64,000 bases of DNA, taken from the NCBI GenBank assembly GCA_963693365.1, contig CAVNZM010000001.1, forward strand, positions 15,486,418-15,550,417, in the 5' to 3' direction. Below, in pieces: positions 58,617-64,000 of the stretch. A program made the translations under genes and the position numbers. Below the pieces are notes generated by a model. That model was given only the letters and a program-made list of their open reading frames with translations. It had not been told where the DNA came from and ran no database searches. Numbering within the stretch: the stretch's first letter is position 1; each line of letters opens with the position of its first letter. Source of the DNA: Amoebidium appalachense. Taxonomy: Eukaryota; Protista; Ichthyosporea.

Positions 58617-60126
58617 TGTCCATGCATGTGTGTTCGTTCTTGCTTTCTTATTATTATTTTATTTTGGTGTGTGTGTGCGTGTGTGTGTGTGCGTGCATGC
58701 TGCGTTCGTGCTTGCGTGCTTGCGCACCTGCGGGCGTGCATATGTGTGTGCATGCCTGCATGCGTGTGCGCGTGCACGTGTTTTTTTTTTTTGGGGGGGG
58801 GGGGGGGAAGAGAGATTCTCAGTTTTTTTTTTCTTGACAGGATTTGGCGATGAAGATAACACATGGGAGCCCTTGGACAACCTGGACCCCCTTCTGGTTA
58901 AGGACTATTTCGAGTCCAGAAACGTGACGGTGGAGGATGCAAAAGCTGCTGCAAAAATCAAAAAGGAAGGGAAGGGAGAAAACAAAAGAAAGGGAGAAAA
59001 GGTAGAAAAGGTAGATAAAGGAGAAAAGGTAGAAAGGGAAGAAAAGGTAGAAAAGGGAGAAAAGGTAGGAAAAATAGAACGAAACGGGGCGGTGGCGAAA
59101 GTGTCTGTGGCCCCAACCGCAACGAAAAAGGAACCCCGAGAGGAAAAGGAAAGGGAGAAGGAAAAGGAAATGAAAACGGAAAAAGAAAAGGGAAAGGAAA
59201 AGGAAAAGGAGGAAGTGAGAGAGAGCAAGAGGATACGAGAAGGCGCGGTGGTGAGGGAGGAGAAAAGGAGGAAGGTGGAGAAGGAGGAGGAGGGGAAGAG
59301 AGAGAGTAAAAAGGGGAGGGAGGTGGATGGGGTGAATAAACGGACGCTCAGTTCGAATGCAAATGACTCGGATGGGGATTCGGTTGGCGGTGACAGGTGG
59401 ATGCCCTGCTGAATGTTTTGGGGTGTGGGTTTGAAAAAGAGGGGGAAAGGGCCTGAGTGCGGGCCGGTGCCGTTGGGGGGGGGGGGGGGAGGGGGGATGG
59501 CTCGTCTGATGCCACGGTTGAAGGCTCCACAGAAATAGACATTAATTGTGTCAGTAGTTGCATGCTGGGGCTGTTGGTGGAAGTGGTCGAAAATATTCCT
59601 CAACTTGATGTAGTATGATTGTTTATTTGCACATTGAGTGTTCTTCAATTGCGATGGAATACATGTTTACATGCGCATGCAATCAGACACACACATTCTT
59701 GTGCCATCTTTCGTGCACCTGGTAACACAACACACACACACACGCACGCACGCGCGCGCACACACACACACTCACTCGCTCAACTCACTCACTCACTCAC
59801 TCACTCACACTCCCCCCCCCCCCCCCCCCCCCCCCCTGCCCCTTCCCCCCTTTTACTTTCTCCTCCCTCACACATACCATACACACACACCTTCCACTCT
59901 AACATTCGTGCCTGGTGCAGGGGCACCGAACGTGCCCGGAAACGAAGGAAAGAGACAGCCGTTGCACCTCCCGACAGGTAGGCTCAGAGGTTACACGATA
60001 TTGGCCACTCCAAGAACATAAAGATGTTACAGGGGGAAACGAAATAGGAGAAATATAACGAGAAAGAGAAAGGGAGGAGAGAGGTGGTGAAGAGGGTCGT
60101 GTGTGTGCGCGCACGTGTGTGTGTAT

Positions 60127-60184
<58 letters not shown>

Positions 60185-60514
60185 GGCAGGCAGTTGCGCA
60201 GGAGGGAGTGCAGGATGGGTTGGGGGAGGGAAGGGGAGGGGGGAATAAATAAGAGGAGAAGGCAAAATGGCGGAAAGAATGTTTATAAAGAGGGGGAGGG
60301 GGGGGGGGGGGGGGGGGACGGGAGGGCGAAGAAAAATAGGTAGACGAGCAGAGATGAAGTGGGATGTGTTATAATGTAGGAAGAGTAGGGTGATACGGTG
60401 GTGGTAAGGGAAGGGAAGAGCGGGTATGGGAGATGGGACCGTAGAGCCGAAGGGGGACAAAGGGAGGGGAGGGGGGCTGGTAGGAGGAGAATTACATATG
60501 GTGGTTATAAGAAA

Positions 60515-60547
<33 letters not shown>

Positions 60548-60897
60548 GAGAGGGAGTCTTGGGTGCGATTGGGTTCTCGGTTCGCTGACAACAAAATCCC
60601 TTTTTTTTCTTTTTTCCCGGGTACGAGTGGTCCCACATTCATACCCATTTCAAGAGGTCACATTCAGTAACTACGAAGGATCGATTGGTCACCTTAGGGT
60701 AGCATGGGGCACTTGGTTGGAAATTCGTATGTCATTGCGCTATGTTTGCTAGTCTACACCCGTTGTAGTTTTGTATGTTTAGGTGCTAGTGGGTTTTTGA
60801 TATCCCGGAACACATCACGTTATTGTTGTCGAGGTGGTGTGTATTTCGTGGGGTGATATGTTATTATGTGTGTGTGTGTGTGTGTGGTGGTGGTGGT

Positions 60898-60934
<37 letters not shown>

Positions 60935-61285
60935 AGGATCATGGGATGGGAGGAAGGAGAGGGGGGGGGGGGGGGGAGGGGGGGTTCGTTTTAACACAAC
61001 AGAGCTTCAGTGCTGGGTTAAGCTAATCTCTGACCTCCTTCCATTGTACGGGCCAAAGGCGTAAAGGAATTCGTGGAGGGTAAGTCCTTCCCCTCCCCCC
61101 CTCCCCCCCCCCCCCCCCACGGGGGGGGGGGGGGGGGGGGGGGGAGGGGTTCACAACTACTGGTTATCTTGGAAATTTTATACATTTCTAAATTTAGGTA
61201 ACCGTATCTTCGTATCATTGGAACTTCATAACGATTGGTCGCAGGACGGCTAATGTGGGCTGGCTGCGCCTATATAAAGCCCCCC

Positions 61286-61339
<54 letters not shown>

Positions 61340-61417
61340 CTGTGGGTGGTTTGCACTCTGCATTATGCTTTTCACTATCCATGTGTACTTCGTACTCTAT
61401 GACATATTCCATTCCCC

Positions 61418-61448
<31 letters not shown>

Positions 61449-61503
61449 AAAAAAAAAAAAAAACCCATCCCTCCACTATTTCCACACTCTTCTCTTAATA
61501 CCA

Positions 61504-61541
<38 letters not shown>

Positions 61542-61929
61542 TGCCTACGTGCGCTCGTGTTCAAGAAAACGGCTGCTGATATTGCTGTGATCTGGTCCTT
61601 CTATAGAAGTGTGTTCCTTATATGCTTGCAAACTTTCAGCCGCCCTTCCCCTTCACCAAGAAGTAACAAAACCTGCATCTGAAAAAAATCCATGCCAAAT
61701 TTGCATTCGGATGCAAATTCTATTTGAAGCGTCTGGCTGAAGGCGGGGGCGAGGCGCGCGCGTGCGTGCGCGTGTGTAAGAGGATCAGGGGCAGGGGGGA
61801 GGAGGAGGGGGGGGAGGGGGGGGTTGAAGGGGGGTTATAGAGGCAGTGTTTTAGAAGGGGAGGGAAGTAGGTGTGTGTGTGTTGTGGAGGGAGGTGTGTG
61901 TGTATGTGTGTGTGTGTGTGAGCAGTACC

Positions 61930-61963
<34 letters not shown>

Positions 61964-62609
61964 CTAGAAGAGTCAGTACTTGTGTTGTTGTTTTCTTACA
62001 CGGATCATTAATGGCAGGGCGGACGATTATGCCGTAGACTCACCTGCCCCTCGAGTGCGCACCTCTTCTGGAAAAGGGGTTGCTCCCCCACCCACCAAGG
62101 ACAAGGGGAAGAAGGGTGCGGATATTCCACCCCCAAGCACTGGGTCAAAGAAGAGCAGAAAGGTAAATTGTTACTTGTCGACTGGTCAAATCCCCCCCCC
62201 CCCCCCTCCACCCCCCCTCCCCCGCCCTCAAAGTGAATTGCTTGCGTGCCATTGAGAAATGTCGACATAGTCGTTAAGAAAAACACAGATAAACACACAG
62301 ACAAAGGCACTTACACACGCGCTGCACACACATACACACACACACACACACACGGGCGCTCGCACACACACACACAGGCACACACACAGGCACACGGGCA
62401 CACATGCGCCCACACTGGCGCACACAGGCACACATAAATACAAACCCGGATTGGAAAGCTTTGGCTGGAAAGCAAGGAACATTTACACTGAGGTCACTCA
62501 CCTTCCTTCATGGGTGTAATTTGCAAATGTATCTCTTTTTTCAATCATGATATTTTTATGCTCCCCAATTACACAAGCACATGCACATACACACACAAGC
62601 GCGCGCACA

Positions 62610-62658
<49 letters not shown>

Positions 62659-62751
62659 CATAGCACCCCCCACTCCCCCCTCGCCCCCCCTCCCCCCCCC
62701 CCCCCCCCCCCCCCGCGCGCACACAGACACACACCCTAACACACAATCCCC

Positions 62752-62790
<39 letters not shown>

Positions 62791-62984
62791 ACCACCACCA
62801 CCACCACCACCACCACCACCACCACACACACACACACACACACACACACAGGAGAAGCCGCCCCAATGTGACCACTGCTTGGAGATCGAATCTGTCGACT
62901 ATTTGCCCCAAATGAACTTCTGCAACTACTGCAGGGGCTACGTGCATGAGTCATGCGATGCAGGGGAGACACTCACGGAGCATG
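57182..62984 (+). CDS. Chromodomain protein with K/E-rich linker and the start of a PHD-like finger; 3' end not found in window
   Basis: Exons 57182-57244 ([17 protein letters not shown]), 57728-57758 (LVFHIKWEG), 58841-59396 ([14 protein letters not shown]..), 59921-59977, 62018-62162, 62852-62984 ([17 protein letters not shown]); all phase-consistent. Confidence 0.85.
61337..61413 (+). mobile_element. 3' fragment (H) of the ribozyme-repeat family flanked on both sides by Cn-An tracts
   Basis: GTGGTTTGCACTCTGCAT..ATGTGTACTTCGTACT matches the tails of copies F and B. Flanks 61280-61336 and 61414-61463 are both poly-C then poly-A. Confidence 0.7.
62251..62277. mobile_element. Solo right end of the TTAA MITE family
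   Basis: ATTGAGAAATGTCGACATAGTCG-TTAA matches 7407-7433. Confidence 0.7.
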
Positions 62985-63330
62985 GTGTGTGTGTGTGTGT
63001 GTGTGGGTGTGTGGGTGGGTGGGTGGGTGGGTGGGTGGGTGGGTGGGTGTGTATGATGTGTGTGTGTGTGTGTGTGTGTATGTGGAAAGGGAGGTGGGGT
63101 GTGTGTGTGTGGGGGGGGAGGGGGAGGGGGGGGGGGGGGTGGAGGGGGGAGAAGGGATTTGTCGGGGCAGCGTGTATACATGGGTCCACACTGTGGGTGG
63201 GATGGGGTGAGGGGTGTGTGTGTGTGTGTGTGTGTGCGGGTGCTACCTAGAAAGACCGTGTGAGTGTGAATGTGTGAGCGCGAGCGTGTGTGTGTGACGG
63301 TGCATGTGTACGGGTGTGTGAGGAGAGAAA

Positions 63331-63368
<38 letters not shown>

Positions 63369-64000
63369 ATGAGTGCTGTAAGTTTGTGTATGTGCTGCAC
63401 GATAATGGTCTCCGTTCTACAGCCAAGAGGGTACGTCATGTTGCGTTACGAAATAGGAACATAGGCTTGCCTTAGAAGTATTGGCTTCTATAGCTTGTTT
63501 CAAAGCTCTCTCCTTTTTCATCTACTGAAGTGTCCTTATTACCCATCAAGTGGAATCACCCGGCCAGTGCTGCCCATTTAAACCAACCTCCGTATCTTCC
63601 ATTTTAGCGTCTGGGCGGTGAGCAGCCGAGAGCCACATTTCTCAGATGTCGCTCACCAATCAGGAGACGATATCATTTTGCCAATGTCGACATACGAGAA
63701 CACACGATTTTGCGGCAAAGTTTCAAGCTAAGCGCCAAAACGGTTGCGTGATAACTGTTAACAAATGACGTCACACCCTCGATCGGTTGATAGGTTCGAT
63801 AACTTTATATGCGGCGCCAGGCCAAATTGGAATCCTCGATCGGATCAACCTCGATCGTGTCTAAAATGGTAGATACGGACCTTGGTTTAACCTCTTGAGG
63901 CCCGGACTAATTGATTTGGACGTGTCCCAACCAAGGCCTAAACAACTCTGTTGCGGTTCAAAATCGATAGAAAAAGATCAAATAAATTGCATATGCCGAC

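Noticed and set aside
58905-59648. 247-aa minus-strand ORF
   Set aside because: Antisense shadow of the purine-rich K/E-coding exon of the chromodomain gene.
63700-64000. Similarity of the window end (AAATGACGTCA; terminal ATGCCGAC) to the window start and to the TTAA-MITE right TIR
   Set aside because: Matches are only 8-11 nt and cut by the window edge; insufficient to call an element.

Overview
Eukaryotic, intron-rich DNA saturated with poly-C/poly-G, (CA)n/(GT)n and (GA)n tracts. Almost all ORFs in the supplied track are microsatellite read-through and are not genes. Manual splicing (GT-AG, phases checked by eye) gives six host genes: a bHLH-PAS-A-PAS-B transcription factor (+, ~1.2-19.6 kb), two genes of unknown function (+ ~25.2-26.9 kb; - 29.9-33.1 kb), a coiled-coil/WD40 protein (+, 38.3-49.6 kb), an intronless syntenin-like tandem-PDZ gene (+, 53.2-54.1 kb) and a chromodomain + PHD-like gene (+, from 57.2 kb, 3' end not found). 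This gene content suggests a holozoan, possibly unicellular; that is inference only. The most notable system sits in an intron of the bHLH-PAS gene: a young, 5'-inverted Penelope-like (Naiad/Chlamys-type) RT element. A dispersed repeat family accompanies it (4 long copies and 5 fragments, all + strand, all beside poly-C). Its core has all hammerhead catalytic motifs (GUU, GAAA, CUGANGA) in a non-circularly-permuted order, with covarying stems, a conserved kink-turn and two independently palindromic hairpins. This points to a dimerisation- or protein-gated self-cleaving RNA. All folding and alignment was done by eye and no activity is demonstrated. Also present: a TTAA MITE nested in a minisatellite, and a CACTA-ended MITE.
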